A stretch of 64,000 bases of DNA, taken from contig JBAYLF010000001.1 in NCBI GenBank assembly GCA_041664205.1, positions 67,380 through 131,379 of the forward strand. The letters run 5' to 3'. Under the pieces are notes generated by a model that was given only the letters and a program-made list of their open reading frames with translations, was not told the origin of the DNA and made no database searches. This document shows positions 39,099 to 48,433 of the stretch, in pieces. The translations under genes and the position numbers were made by a program. Source of the stretch: Minisyncoccota bacterium. Its GTDB lineage: Bacteria > Patescibacteriota > Minisyncoccia > Phycocordibacterales > JBAYLF01. How positions within the stretch are numbered: the first letter of the stretch is position 1; each line of letters begins with the position of its first letter.

Positions 39099-40118
39099 AT
39101 GAAAAAAATAAATTATAAAATATTAAATATTAACAATCTACCTCATTCAGAAGTTGAAATTGAGGTTGAAATTCCTGTCGAAGAACTAAATAAGCAAAGA
39201 AAAGAAACCTTAATTAAGCTTTCTGAAAAAGTTGAAATTTCAGGATTCAGAAAAGGTCATATTCCTGAAAGTGTTTTGGTTCAAAAAATAGGAGAAAACA
39301 CAGTTCTAGAAGAAACTGCTGATGAAATAATCTCAAATGTATATACTCAGATTCTTTTTGATAAAAAAATAGATGCTATCGGCAAACCAGAAGTTACAAT
39401 AAAAGAGCTCGCTAGTGGAAAACCTGTCATTATTAAAATAAAAACCGCCATAATTCCAGAAATTAAAATTTCCGACTATAAAAAGATCGCTAAAAATGAA
39501 ATGTCTAAAAAAGATGAATCTACTGAAGTAAGTGATGAGGAACTTGAAAAAACTATAACAACCATCCAAAAATCCCAACTCAAAAGCCCTGATGAAAAAG
39601 TTCCAGAATTAACTGATGAATTTGTAAAAAAATTCGGCAATTTCACTGATGTTGCTGATTTCAAAAACAAAGTAAAAGAAATGCTTATTAATGAAAAGGC
39701 ACATAAAAATAAAGAGAAAAAAAGAATCGCCGTAGCAGAAGAAATCGTAAAAGATTCAAAAATTGATCTGCCTAAGATATTGATAGACAGCGAATTAAAT
39801 AAAATGGAAGCTGAATTTAAAGATAATCTATTAAGAATGGGTGGAACTATGGAAGATTATCTCGCTAAGATCAAAAAAAGTTTGGAAGATCTAAAAAAAG
39901 AATGGCAAAAAGATGCCGAAAAAAGAGCTAAACTACAATTATGTTTAAACAAAATAGCGCACGATGAAAAGATTACAGTAAAAGAAGAACTTATTAATCA
40001 TGAAACAGAGCATATGTTAGAACATTATAAAGAAGCTGATCCTGAACGCGTTAGAGTCTACATAACTTCTGTTCTAACTAATGAAGAAGTTTTTAAATTT
40101 TTAGAAGCTCAAAAATAA
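39099..40118 (+). CDS. tig: Trigger factor lacking the PPIase domain
   Basis: Ribosome-binding signature GFRKGHIPESV in the N-domain, followed directly by the C-terminal chaperone domain. It is 339 aa against roughly 430 aa for a typical trigger factor. Confidence 0.8.
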   Translation: MKKINYKILNINNLPHSEVEIEVEIPVEELNKQRKETLIKLSEKVEISGFRKGHIPESVLVQKIGENTVLEETADEIISNVYTQILFDKKIDAIGKPEVTIKELASGKPVIIKIKTAIIPEIKISDYKKIAKNEMSKKDESTEVSDEELEKTITTIQKSQLKSPDEKVPELTDEFVKKFGNFTDVADFKNKVKEMLINEKAHKNKEKKRIAVAEEIVKDSKIDLPKILIDSELNKMEAEFKDNLLRMGGTMEDYLAKIKKSLEDLKKEWQKDAEKRAKLQLCLNKIAHDEKITVKEELINHETEHMLEHYKEADPERVRVYITSVLTNEEVFKFLEAQK

Positions 40119-40128
40119 GATTTTTCTT

Positions 40129-40200
40129 GTCATTCCCGCGAAAGCGGGAATCCAGACCATATAGATAAAAACCTAGATTCCCGCTTTCGCGGGAATGACA
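40129..40200. repeat. Double-hairpin palindromic repeat element, copy 2 (between convergent tig and rsmE)
   Basis: tgtcattcccgcgaaagcgggaatccag ... ctagattcccgctttcgcgggaatgaca. Confidence 0.7.
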
Positions 40201-40221
40201 AACTAATTCATAATTAGTTAT

Positions 40222-40920
40222 TTATAACAATAAGAGTGCGCTCGAAACAATTGCTGCTGTTTCAGCGCGCAACACGCAATTTCCCAAACAAACAATTTTT
40301 ACATTATTATTTTTAAATAATTCAATTTCCCTTTCTGTCCATCCTCCTTCAGGTCCGATCAAAATAATCATTTCTTGATTGCCTTCAAAATCTTCCTTTT
40401 TAAACTGCTCGCCTTCAAGGTGAAACGCAACAATCGGAATTTTATATTTAACAATGTCATCAATTTTTATAATCTCATGTAGCTCCGGCATAAATCCCCT
40501 TCCAGATTGCTCGCTTGCTTCTTTAATAATTTTTCTAGCTCGTTCCATATTTATATCTTTCTTCTCGCTTCGATCAGAAATTAATGGAACAAAATCTGAA
40601 ACGCCAACCTCTGTGCATTTTTCAATCACCCATTCAAAATTATCTTTTTTAATAAGAGACTGAATAACCCAAAGCTTTTTTGAAGGAATATTTTTGTTTT
40701 CCTTTGATTCTATAATAGAAACTTTTGCTTCTTTCTTTGTAAGTAGAGTAATTTCTGAAAGATATTCAAATCCGCTATTATCAAGAAGGATTATTCTTTC
40801 ACCTGAAGAAAATCTAAAAACCTTCTGCCATTGGTGAATAAGTTCAGAATCTGTAATAAAAATCTCCTTTCCAACATTCTCATTTAGTTTTTGTGTAATA
40901 AAAAATTTATGAAGTCGCAT
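40222..40920 (-). CDS. rsmE: 16S rRNA (uracil1498-N3)-methyltransferase RsmE
   Basis: MRLHKFFI start, PUA-like N-terminus, and a C-terminal ILIGPEGGWTEREIE...LGNCVLRAETA SPOUT motif. Confidence 0.8.
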   Translation of the reverse strand: MRLHKFFITQKLNENVGKEIFITDSELIHQWQKVFRFSSGERIILLDNSGFEYLSEITLLTKKEAKVSIIESKENKNIPSKKLWVIQSLIKKDNFEWVIEKCTEVGVSDFVPLISDRSEKKDINMERARKIIKEASEQSGRGFMPELHEIIKIDDIVKYKIPIVAFHLEGEQFKKEDFEGNQEMIILIGPEGGWTEREIELFKNNNVKIVCLGNCVLRAETAAIVSSALLLL

Positions 40921-41075
40921 ACAATCAATGTATCATCAGACAATTTTCACGCAAGATTTTTAGAAAAAATTATTTAAAATAAAAGTTCTTCACAATATTG
41001 AACCTATATTTTGTCTTCGCTCGGATGTCATGCAAACTCTTAGTTTGCGCGACACTCCTCGCTCGACGAAATAAT

Positions 41076-41110
41076 AATCACCACTTGTCAAATAGCTTAA
41101 AATCTGCTAT
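41076..41110 (+). promoter_or_regulatory. Candidate clpP promoter
   Basis: ttgtca, a 17-nt spacer, tatatt. Confidence 0.4.
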
Positions 41111-41148
41111 ATTGGTTTTTACTATTAAAAAATAACAATCTTAACAAT

Positions 41149-41748
41149 ATGTTAATACCAACAGTTATTGAAAAATCACCCATGGGAGAAAGAGCTTATG
41201 ATATTTATTCTCGTCTATTAAGAGAAAGAATTGTTTTTCTTGGTGGACCAATAGACGACGATACTGCAAATATAGTAATTGCTCAACTTCTTTTTCTACA
41301 ACAAGAAGATCCGAAAAGTGATATTAATCTCTATATAAATTCTCCTGGAGGCTCAGTTACAGCAACTCTTGCAATGCTAGATACTATGAACTACATAAAA
41401 CCAGACGTATCAACTGTATGTATTGGAATTGCAGCTTCTGGAGCAGCAATTATTCTATCGGCTGGCGCAAAAGGTAAAAGATATGCCCTACCAAATTCCG
41501 AAGTTATGATCCACCAACCATGGGGTGGCACTGAGGGCAGAGCGTCTGATATTGAAATAACAGCAAAACATATTTTAAAGACCAAAGAATCATTAAATAA
41601 GATTTTGTCCAAAAACACAGGTCAATCAATGGAACAAATTGAAAAAGATGTAGATCGTGACTTCTTTATGAATGCGGAAGAATCAAAAAAATACGGGATT
41701 ATTGATAAAGTTATTTCTAAAAACACTTCGGCTATCCCTACAAAATAA
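41149..41748 (+). CDS. clpP: ATP-dependent Clp protease proteolytic subunit
   Basis: Catalytic Ser in [11 protein letters not shown] and the His and Asp context. Highly canonical ClpP. Confidence 0.95.
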   Translation: MLIPTVIEKSPMGERAYDIYSRLLRERIVFLGGPIDDDTANIVIAQLLFLQQEDPKSDINLYINSPGGSVTATLAMLDTMNYIKPDVSTVCIGIAASGAAIILSAGAKGKRYALPNSEVMIHQPWGGTEGRASDIEITAKHILKTKESLNKILSKNTGQSMEQIEKDVDRDFFMNAEESKKYGIIDKVISKNTSAIPTK

Positions 41749-41901
41749 TTAGCCTCTTAAAACAAAAAGACCCAGAATATTCTGGGTCTTTTTGTTTAAA
41801 ATAGAAGTTTAGTATAAAAAACTCGCCCCTCAAACGCAAAGAACGAGTCTTTTTGTTAAAGGACGAGTAATGAACCGAGTCTCAGCCACTTACCTGTTAA
41901 G

Positions 41902-42096
41902 TTAGCACGTTAAACTTCTCTTCCAGGATGCGAAATTGTTCTCCTCATGAAATTGATCTTCCAGTATTTGAACTTGTTCTTCTGGAGTTGCGATCTTTTT
42001 GATTTTTGCCCAGGTTTTTCTGGCAGATTCTCCACAATCCCTGTACGTTGATTCTTCCTTCCACTGTTCAACAAGCTTTTTCAATTTTGGTGTCAT
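41902..42096 (-). CDS. Small hypothetical protein
   Basis: ORF only. Confidence 0.25.
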   Translation of the reverse strand: MTPKLKKLVEQWKEESTYRDCGESARKTWAKIKKIATPEEQVQILEDQFHEENNFASWKRSLTC

Positions 42097-42481
42097 AAGT
42101 TCTCCTTATTTTTGATTTTGGAATGTAATGCTTTCATTCAATTTTGAGCAATAATAGCTCAAATTGAAAGCTAATAAAAATGTATCATAAGATTGTTATT
42201 TTGTCAAATAAAAATGGGGACCATCACGAAAGTTAGACAAAATCATATTTATTCTGTAATATATAGTGGTTATTACAGTTAATTTAAACGATTTAGCTTT
42301 TTTACTTTAACCTTTTATGCATTACGCAAAAATATTACTTATAAAAACTCTGAACGAACACCATAGCAGATATGTGGTAAAAACTGAGTTTCCTAGTGTT
42401 TAATAAACCTTCAATAGTAAGTTTGTGCTGTAAAATCTACATATAAGACACAAAGTGTAAAAAGCGAATCATTCGCTTATT

Positions 42482-44011
42482 ATGTCATTAAAAATAGCAT
42501 TCCTTCTTGTCGGTCTCGCTGGAGCTGTTGGAATTTTTGTAGGCTATTTTTTGCGTCTCATAATTTCTTTGGGTAAAAAAGGCTCAATGGAACTTGAGAT
42601 CAAGCAGATGATGCTTGAAGCAAAAGAACAGGCTAAGAAAATAACTTTCGAAGCTGAAACAAAAGCTGAACAAACTTTGAGACAGATCCGTGAGGAAGCA
42701 AAAGAAAGAGAAGAAAAAATTAAAAGAACCGAGGATCGCCTTATTAAAAAAGAGGAATTTCTCGACAAACGCCAAGTCGATATCGATAAAGATACCGAAA
42801 ATATAAAGACAAAGATTATAGAGGTAAAAGAAATTAAGGAGCGAGCTAATACGCTTGAAGAGAAAAAACAAAAGGAGTTAGAAAAAATTTCAGGGTTAAG
42901 CCAAGAAGAGGCTCGTGTGCTTCTTTTAAATAATTTTGAAAAGAACAACGAGGAAGACTTACTTGTAAGAATGCAAAAAATTGAGGCTTTCGGTCAAGAA
43001 AAACTTGAAAAGAAAGCTCAGGAAATTTTAACATCTTGCGTTCAAAGATATGCAGGATCAGTATCAGCAGATGTTATGGCAACAACCATAACTATTCCTA
43101 ACGATGAAATAAAAGGAAAGATTATTGGAAAAGAAGGAAGAAATATCAAAGCTTTCGAAAGAGCTTCGGGAGTAGAAATTATCGTTGATGATACACCAGG
43201 AGCAATCACTATTTCTTCATTCGATCCTATTCGAAGACAAATTGCTAGAATCGCTCTAGAAAACCTTATTATCGACGGAAGAATACAACCTGCAAAAATA
43301 GAAAAAGAAATAGAAAAAGCTAAACTCGATATCAATAAAATAATAAAAGAAAAAGGTGAACAAGCTGCGTTCGAGTGCGGTGCATTCAACCTTAACCCTC
43401 GCATCATTTCGATCTTAGGCCGATTATATTTCCGAACAAGCTATGGACAAAATGTTCTTCAACACTCTGTAGAAATGTCACATATAGCGGGAATGTTAGC
43501 TGAAGAACTTGGAGCTGATGTTCAGATCGCAAAAACAGGAGCATTAGTCCACGATATAGGTAAAGCACTTGATCATGAAGTTCAAGGAACACATGTTGAG
43601 ATCGGACGAAGAATTCTTCAGAAATTTGGAGCAGATGAAAATATAATCAAAGCAATGCAAGCTCACCATGGTGAATATCCATACGAGACTGTTGAATCTA
43701 TGATCGTGCAAACAGCTGACGCTATCTCTGGTAGCCGTCCTGGCGCACGTAGAGACACTGTGGAAAATTATCTTAAACGATTAAGCGATCTAGAATCTAC
43801 TGCGACTTCATTCCCAGGTGTTGAAAAAGCATACGCACTTGAAGCTGGAAGAGAAATAAGAGTATTTGTTACTCCTACAGAAATTTCCGACATTGATGCC
43901 AAAAAAATGGCTAGAGATATAGCTTCTAAGATAGAACAGGAATTAAAATACCCAGGAGAAATTAAGGTAAATGTTATTCGAGAAATGAGAGTAATTGAAT
44001 ACGCAAGATAA
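42482..44011 (+). CDS. rny: Ribonuclease Y
   Basis: N-terminal TM, coiled coil, KH domain (GKIIGKEGRNIKAFE), and HD domain (LVHDIGKALDHE). Confidence 0.9.
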   Translation: MSLKIAFLLVGLAGAVGIFVGYFLRLIISLGKKGSMELEIKQMMLEAKEQAKKITFEAETKAEQTLRQIREEAKEREEKIKRTEDRLIKKEEFLDKRQVDIDKDTENIKTKIIEVKEIKERANTLEEKKQKELEKISGLSQEEARVLLLNNFEKNNEEDLLVRMQKIEAFGQEKLEKKAQEILTSCVQRYAGSVSADVMATTITIPNDEIKGKIIGKEGRNIKAFERASGVEIIVDDTPGAITISSFDPIRRQIARIALENLIIDGRIQPAKIEKEIEKAKLDINKIIKEKGEQAAFECGAFNLNPRIISILGRLYFRTSYGQNVLQHSVEMSHIAGMLAEELGADVQIAKTGALVHDIGKALDHEVQGTHVEIGRRILQKFGADENIIKAMQAHHGEYPYETVESMIVQTADAISGSRPGARRDTVENYLKRLSDLESTATSFPGVEKAYALEAGREIRVFVTPTEISDIDAKKMARDIASKIEQELKYPGEIKVNVIREMRVIEYAR

Positions 44012-44132
44012 TTTTTAATTTAATATTAAAGCTGAAAAATAAAATTTTGAAAGTCAAATTTTATTGTCCACATAAATTTGTAAGCATATTGCACAAAAAA
44101 CGGCTTAATATATAATTAAAATGTTATTAAAT

Positions 44133-44210
44133 AGACCTGTTACCTGATAGGATTTCAAAAACTAATTCTTTCAGAAGGACTATTAGGTAACAGGTCTAAG
44201 TCGGTCGAAT
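44133..44210. other. Long imperfect hairpin (18-nt arms, roughly 35-nt loop) downstream of rny
   Basis: agacctgttacctgatag ... ctattaggtaacaggtct. Confidence 0.5.
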
Positions 44211-44395
44211 TATCACTTATTTAAATAGTAGGCCTTTATAAAAGAGTAGAACTTACGAGTTTGGATGCAGTTCGAGGAACGAGTGCGGAGCGAACCGAGT
44301 AATACTTATAGTATTGTGAGGGAGCACCGTAAACTAGTGACGAAGAAATGCGCCAAACACGTAAGTTCTAAAGAAATTTATAAAAGTCAAAAACT

Positions 44396-44668
44396 ATGAA
44401 TAAACAAGGATTAGCCGAAGCTGTACAAGGAGTCTTGGGCGGAACAAAGGTTCAAGCCGAAGAAGTAGTAGACAAGGTAATTGACTCCATTGTAGCAAGT
44501 CTAAAGAAAGAAGAAGAAGTCTCAATAGCTGGTCTTGGAATCTTTTCAACAAAGGTTCGAGCTGCTAGAACTGCTCGAAATCCAAGAACTGGAGAATCAA
44601 TCCATGTTCCATCAATGCGAGTTCCAAAGTTCAGAGCCGCAAAAGCATTGAAAGACGCAGTAAAGTAA
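44396..44668 (+). CDS. hup: DNA-binding protein HU
   Basis: MNKQGLAEAV...RNPRTGESIHVP, the HU/IHF signature. Confidence 0.9.
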   Translation: MNKQGLAEAVQGVLGGTKVQAEEVVDKVIDSIVASLKKEEEVSIAGLGIFSTKVRAARTARNPRTGESIHVPSMRVPKFRAAKALKDAVK

Positions 44669-44789
44669 AACTTCCATTTTCTATATAGGAAAACACAAAA
44701 CCGCTTTAATAAGCGGTTTTGTGTTTTCTGGCACTATTAAAATTTTTCAATAAAAAGCTGCCATATTTTGGCAGCTTTTAATTTTTTAT

Positions 44790-45074
44790 TTAAGATTTAC
44801 GCAATGTAGTTGGTCCATCTATACGACGATTCTTTCGTGCTTTTTTAGCAAGTTTTTCAAATCTATTGAAACAAAACTTGCATTTTTCAGCATGGTCCAT
44901 CATATAGTACCAATCACTCATAGATACTTGAGCAGGATCATTTGCTCCTGTTTCAAGCAACTCCTGCATTTTTGCATTAATTTGTTTAGGAGTAACTCCT
45001 TCTTTACTCCAACGTTCTTTTTGATCTTTAGAAGGTGTTAAAAATGTGCATTTTTCTTTTTTCTTTTTTACCAT
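44790..45074 (-). CDS. Hypothetical basic protein
   Basis: ORF only. The C-terminus has Cys pairs (CKFCFNRF). Confidence 0.3.
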   Translation of the reverse strand: MVKKKKEKCTFLTPSKDQKERWSKEGVTPKQINAKMQELLETGANDPAQVSMSDWYYMMDHAEKCKFCFNRFEKLAKKARKNRRIDGPTTLRKS

Positions 45075-45189
45075 ACCTATATTTTCCTTTCTTTTTCAGA
45101 TTTTAAATCCAAATATAAAATACTACATTTATAATTTTATGTCAAATTTTGATACCGAAAAAAAGATGACTTTGAAGCCATCTTTTTTG

Positions 45190-45208
45190 GTGCGGGATGG
45201 GAGAATCG
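45190..45208 (-). repeat. Direct repeat of the 3' end of tRNA-Gly(UCC) (att-like)
   Basis: gtgcgggatgggagaatcg, identical to 45345-45363 inside and next to the tRNA. Confidence 0.75.
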
Positions 45209-45345
45209 GTCACAACTCTTTTGCTTCGCAAAAGGTCGCGACCCCGGCTCGCTTTTTTGTAAGACAAAACATGGCTCCGCCTTTCGATTCTCCACGCAGG
45301 CAAAGCAGTTTGCCTGCTCATCCTGCTCGCTCACTTTGTTCGCTG
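45209..45345. other. 137-bp GC-rich structured insert between the tRNA-Gly(UCC) gene and the partial copy of its 3' end
   Basis: Homologous to the insert at 48294-48430. It contains the hairpin gcaggcaaactgctttgcctgc and an inverted copy of the host T-arm (ttcgattctcc). Confidence 0.6.
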
Positions 45346-45416
45346 TGCGGGATGGGAGAATCGAACTCCCACCCACAGTTTGGAAAACTGTTATTCTACC
45401 ATTAAACTAATCCCGC
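45346..45416 (-). tRNA. tRNA-Gly (anticodon UCC)
   Basis: Manual fold: acceptor GCGGGAT/ATCCCGC, anticodon stem ACAGU/ACUGU, loop UUUCCAA, T-arm GGGAG-UUCGAUU-CUCCC, discriminator A. 71 nt with CCA not encoded. Confidence 0.75.
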
Positions 45417-45487
45417 GCTTTTGTTATAATTTAGCAAATTAATATCATATTCGCAATTTTTTCAATTTACTGTTATATAATTAACTC

Positions 45488-46666
45488 ATGTTTAATTTAT
45501 TCAACACAATACAAATAAAAATTATTTCTTCTTTTTTAGCTATAATAAGCCTTTTTAGCTTTAACAAATTCCCCATCGTAGAAAATACAAATCCTAGAAA
45601 CCAAGACCAAACAACAGAAATTAATCAACAAATAAAAGAACCTGAAAAAATAACAATCGAAGAAACTAAAAAAACGGAACAAAAAACAACGGAAATAAAA
45701 CCTATTCCCCTACCGGAAAATAAAAAATTAGTTAATACCACATCAACTGAACAAAAAACCATTTCCAGCACCACAATACAAACAATTCAGCAGCCAGTAA
45801 AAATAAACATTCCTGATAATAGCAAACCTTGGACTCAGATAAATACTGAAACAAGACCGGCAATTGTTAATATTTTTTGCATATCAGAAGGTTCTTCATT
45901 AAGTGTTGCCGCTGGTAGCGGTATTATTATCGACAAACGAGGTGTAATTCTAACAAATTCTCATGTAAGCCAATATTTTCTTTTACAAAATATTCCAGAA
46001 TTACAAAAAATCTCTTGTTATATAAGAGATGGTGATCCAGCAAAAATGCTTTATAAAGCCAAACTTCTTTATTTACCTAAAGATTGGATTGAGGATAATT
46101 ATAAAAAATTAAAATTACAAAACCCTCTCGGGACAGGTGAATTTGATTTTTCGTTGTTATTAATAACCCAAACCATTGATCCTCAAACACCCTTCCCTAC
46201 TGAATTTCCATTTTTACCAATAGATTTTTCAGAAATTACAGAAAAACAAGATGTTTTGATCGCAGGATATCCAGCTGGTTTTCTTGGTAATTTAGAGATA
46301 CTTTATAATCTCTATAAAGCTTCGGCTGTTACAAAAATTAATGATGTTCTTACATTTTCAAAAAATAATATTGATTTAATAAGCGTTGGCGGAACAGTGA
46401 TATCTCAAAAAGGCTCTTCTGGTGGAGCTGTAGTAAACAATAAAGGAGACTTAATAGGTCTTGTGGTAACAACGACCGACGCAACAACAACATCATCTAG
46501 AGATCTACGAGCAATTACAACAGCATATATAAACAGAGCCTTTGAAAATCAAAAAGGCTTAAATATTAAAGATTTTCTATCAAGAAATCTGAATGTGGAG
46601 GCAAACAGATTCGAAACTGAAGATGCTCCAAATTTAACCAAAAAGCTTTTGGATGGAATTAAATAG
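45488..46666 (+). CDS. Secreted trypsin-like (S1 family) serine protease
   Basis: Signal/TM, GSGIIIDKRGVILTNSHV (His region) and GSSGGAVVN (the GxSGG catalytic Ser motif). Confidence 0.7.
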   Translation: MFNLFNTIQIKIISSFLAIISLFSFNKFPIVENTNPRNQDQTTEINQQIKEPEKITIEETKKTEQKTTEIKPIPLPENKKLVNTTSTEQKTISSTTIQTIQQPVKINIPDNSKPWTQINTETRPAIVNIFCISEGSSLSVAAGSGIIIDKRGVILTNSHVSQYFLLQNIPELQKISCYIRDGDPAKMLYKAKLLYLPKDWIEDNYKKLKLQNPLGTGEFDFSLLLITQTIDPQTPFPTEFPFLPIDFSEITEKQDVLIAGYPAGFLGNLEILYNLYKASAVTKINDVLTFSKNNIDLISVGGTVISQKGSSGGAVVNNKGDLIGLVVTTTDATTTSSRDLRAITTAYINRAFENQKGLNIKDFLSRNLNVEANRFETEDAPNLTKKLLDGIK

Positions 46667-46716
46667 ATTTAGAGCCTGTTCATAATCTAACCGCAAATTA
46701 ACAAACAAAAACAATG

Positions 46717-46833
46717 CTTGCCTGCTAAAATGCTAAAATTTTGGCTGCAAATTACTCATTCCTCCTCGCCGTATCACCGATATGTCTCGTCGGACTTCAT
46801 GATTTTCGCTCAAAATTTTAGCATTTTTGCTAG
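46717..46833. repeat. About 117-bp element with 25-nt terminal inverted repeats around a GC-rich core
   Basis: Left arm tgcctgctaaaatgctaaaattttg; right arm caaaattttagcatttttgctaggca, whose reverse complement tgcctagcaaaaatgctaaaattttg is near-identical to the left arm. Confidence 0.45.
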
Positions 46834-46836
46834 GCA

Positions 46837-47145
46837 TTAGATTCTGAACAGACTCTTAGATAATCTGATAATTTCATCAAAATTATCATTTTCGTTGATC
46901 TTATTCTTACTTTCTTGTCCACATTTCTGACATTGATGAATTAATGAATATCTTTCTCCAATTTTTAAAACGCTTATAGGCTTCATTAAGCCATGGCAAT
47001 CCTCTTCCCTATCACCTGGATTTATATCCACATGCTTACTCCAGAGGCATTTAGGGCAATGATTAGTGTAACCATTACCTTTTACACTGATACCACAATT
47101 TCCACACACAAAATCTTCAATTTTTCTTTGAAATTGTTTAGTCAT
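46837..47145 (-). CDS. RNHCP-domain zinc-ribbon protein
   Basis: FVCGNCG...YTNHCPKCLWSKHVD matches the RNHCP signature, and CQKCGQ is a second zinc ribbon. Confidence 0.6.
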   Translation of the reverse strand: MTKQFQRKIEDFVCGNCGISVKGNGYTNHCPKCLWSKHVDINPGDREEDCHGLMKPISVLKIGERYSLIHQCQKCGQESKNKINENDNFDEIIRLSKSLFRI

Positions 47146-47173
47146 TATAAAAAATATAAAAGTATTACTTAAT

Positions 47174-47195
47174 TTGTCGGGGTGCCGAGATTTGG
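47174..47195 (-). repeat. Direct repeat of the 3' end of tRNA-Pro(UGG) (att-like)
   Basis: tttgtcggggtgccgagatttg, identical to 47337-47358. Confidence 0.75.
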
Positions 47196-47336
47196 CCGCG
47201 ACTCTCGGCTCGTCAAACTCGCCTCGGTCTGGCCACCGCCTCGCGGCCTCGCTTGCTAGCTCGGCATCGCTCCGGCGTTCAAATCTCGGTGCAAGTGAAG
47301 CAGTTCACTTGCACCAACTTTGTATTAAATTTTAAT
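47196..47336. other. 141-bp GC-rich structured insert 3' of tRNA-Pro
   Basis: Contains the hairpin ggtgcaagtgaagcagttcacttgcacc (CTGC-containing loop, as in the Gly inserts) and an inverted copy of the host T-arm, ttcaaatctcgg. Confidence 0.55.
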
Positions 47337-47340
47337 TTTG

Positions 47341-47411
47341 TCGGGGTGCCGAGATTTGAACTCGGACTGTATGCTCCCAAAGCACATATGCTACCGTTAC
47401 ACCACACCCCG
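47341..47411 (-). tRNA. tRNA-Pro (anticodon UGG)
   Basis: Manual fold: acceptor CGGGGUG/CACCCCG, anticodon loop UUUGGGA, T-arm CCGAG-UUCAAAU-CUCGG. Confidence 0.7.
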
Positions 47412-47476
47412 ATTTATCACATAGTATCATACCGATAAATAAAAAACAAAAAACTCATAAAAGACATAGTCTCTTA

Positions 47477-47896
47477 TTAATCAATGATTATATTGGACAA
47501 CAATTTAACTTTAGCCTCCTTGCTATTTTGATTCAAAAGAACAGTGACAACATCAAATTGCCACTCTTTTTTATCATCTAGCTTATAATCAAGCAAATAA
47601 GTCTGAATAACTCTTGATAATCTCTTCAATTTCCAAGGATGAACATTGTCTTCAGGTCTAAAATTAGAGTTTGTTTCATCAGAAACATCTAAAAAATTTT
47701 CACGTGTAACAGTTTTTACTTCAATAAAATGAATAATATCCTTATTTTCAGCCACTATGTCTATTTCTCCCCAATTTTTTCGGTAATTTCTGTTTAAAAT
47801 CTTAAAAAATCTCTTTTCTAAAAATCTACAGGCAATATCTTCGCCTAATTTACCTACTTTATTGTAATTTATATTAAATTGTTTCATGTAAAACAT
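47477..47896 (-). CDS. yraN: YraN-family (UPF0102) endonuclease-like protein
   Basis: GEDIACRFLEK...GEIDIVAENKDIIHFIEVK matches the UPF0102 core. Confidence 0.7.
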   Translation of the reverse strand: MFYMKQFNINYNKVGKLGEDIACRFLEKRFFKILNRNYRKNWGEIDIVAENKDIIHFIEVKTVTRENFLDVSDETNSNFRPEDNVHPWKLKRLSRVIQTYLLDYKLDDKKEWQFDVVTVLLNQNSKEAKVKLLSNIIID

Positions 47897-48272
47897 TTAA
47901 ATTACCACCAAATATGATCAATTATGCAATTCTTACTTTCTTATTTTTATAATAAAATCATTAATTCGGCTTAAAATTCATTAATTTTGTTGTTTTTATA
48001 GCAATGTTTCTTATGTAACATTTTTTAATGTTTCATATGAAACAAAAACTGGGGATAAGATTAAATATTTAATAACTTCTTTTTAAATAGCTGGAATTTT
48101 CAAAAAGTCATTCATTAAAGCCATTTTTTAAAAAGTCAGAGACATACTTTAGGACAAAAAATTACTGTCTTTTTCACCAATCCACAGGGTTATCCACATT
48201 TATGAGTATTTTGTTGATAATTACCGCTTAATCTTATAAGAAAATAACCTCTAAAAGAGGTGTTTTCTCGAT

Positions 48273-48293
48273 CTGTGCGGGTAGGGAGAATCG
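48273..48293 (-). repeat. Direct repeat of the 3' end of tRNA-Gly(GCC) (att-like)
   Basis: ctgtgcgggtagggagaatcg, identical to 48431-48451. Confidence 0.75.
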
Positions 48294-48430
48294 ATCACAA
48301 GTTTCCTCAATCCGTTCGGAACTCGCGATCCCGCCTCGCCTGTTTTGCTAGGCAAAACATGGCTCCGGCTTCCGATTCTCCACGCAAACAAAGCAGTTTG
48401 TTTGCTCTACCTGCTCGCTCACTTCGTTCA
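48294..48430. other. 137-bp GC-rich structured insert 3' of tRNA-Gly(GCC), homologous to 45209-45345
   Basis: Shares caaaacatggctccg..ttccgattctccacgca..caaagcagtttg...cctgctcgctcact with the other Gly insert. Its hairpin gcaaacaaactgctttgtttgc shows compensatory changes relative to gcaggcaaactgctttgcctgc. Confidence 0.6.
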
Positions 48431-48433
48431 CTG

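Noticed and set aside
42544-43592. Several minus-strand ORFs antisense to rny
   Set aside because: They give low-complexity S/F/L-rich translations opposite a clear RNase Y gene.
45046-45405. ORFs 45046..45405(+) and 45137..45376(-) across the tRNA-Gly(UCC) region
   Set aside because: They span a tRNA gene and the GC-rich insert, where the GC-richness creates open frames. No coding signal is present.
45190-45416. tmRNA (ssrA) as an explanation of the tRNA-like 3' fragments
   Set aside because: The inserts are only about 140 nt, no tag-peptide reading frame ending in a stop is evident, and a full, normally folded tRNA is present alongside each. tmRNA would need a 5' acceptor strand separated by about 300 nt.
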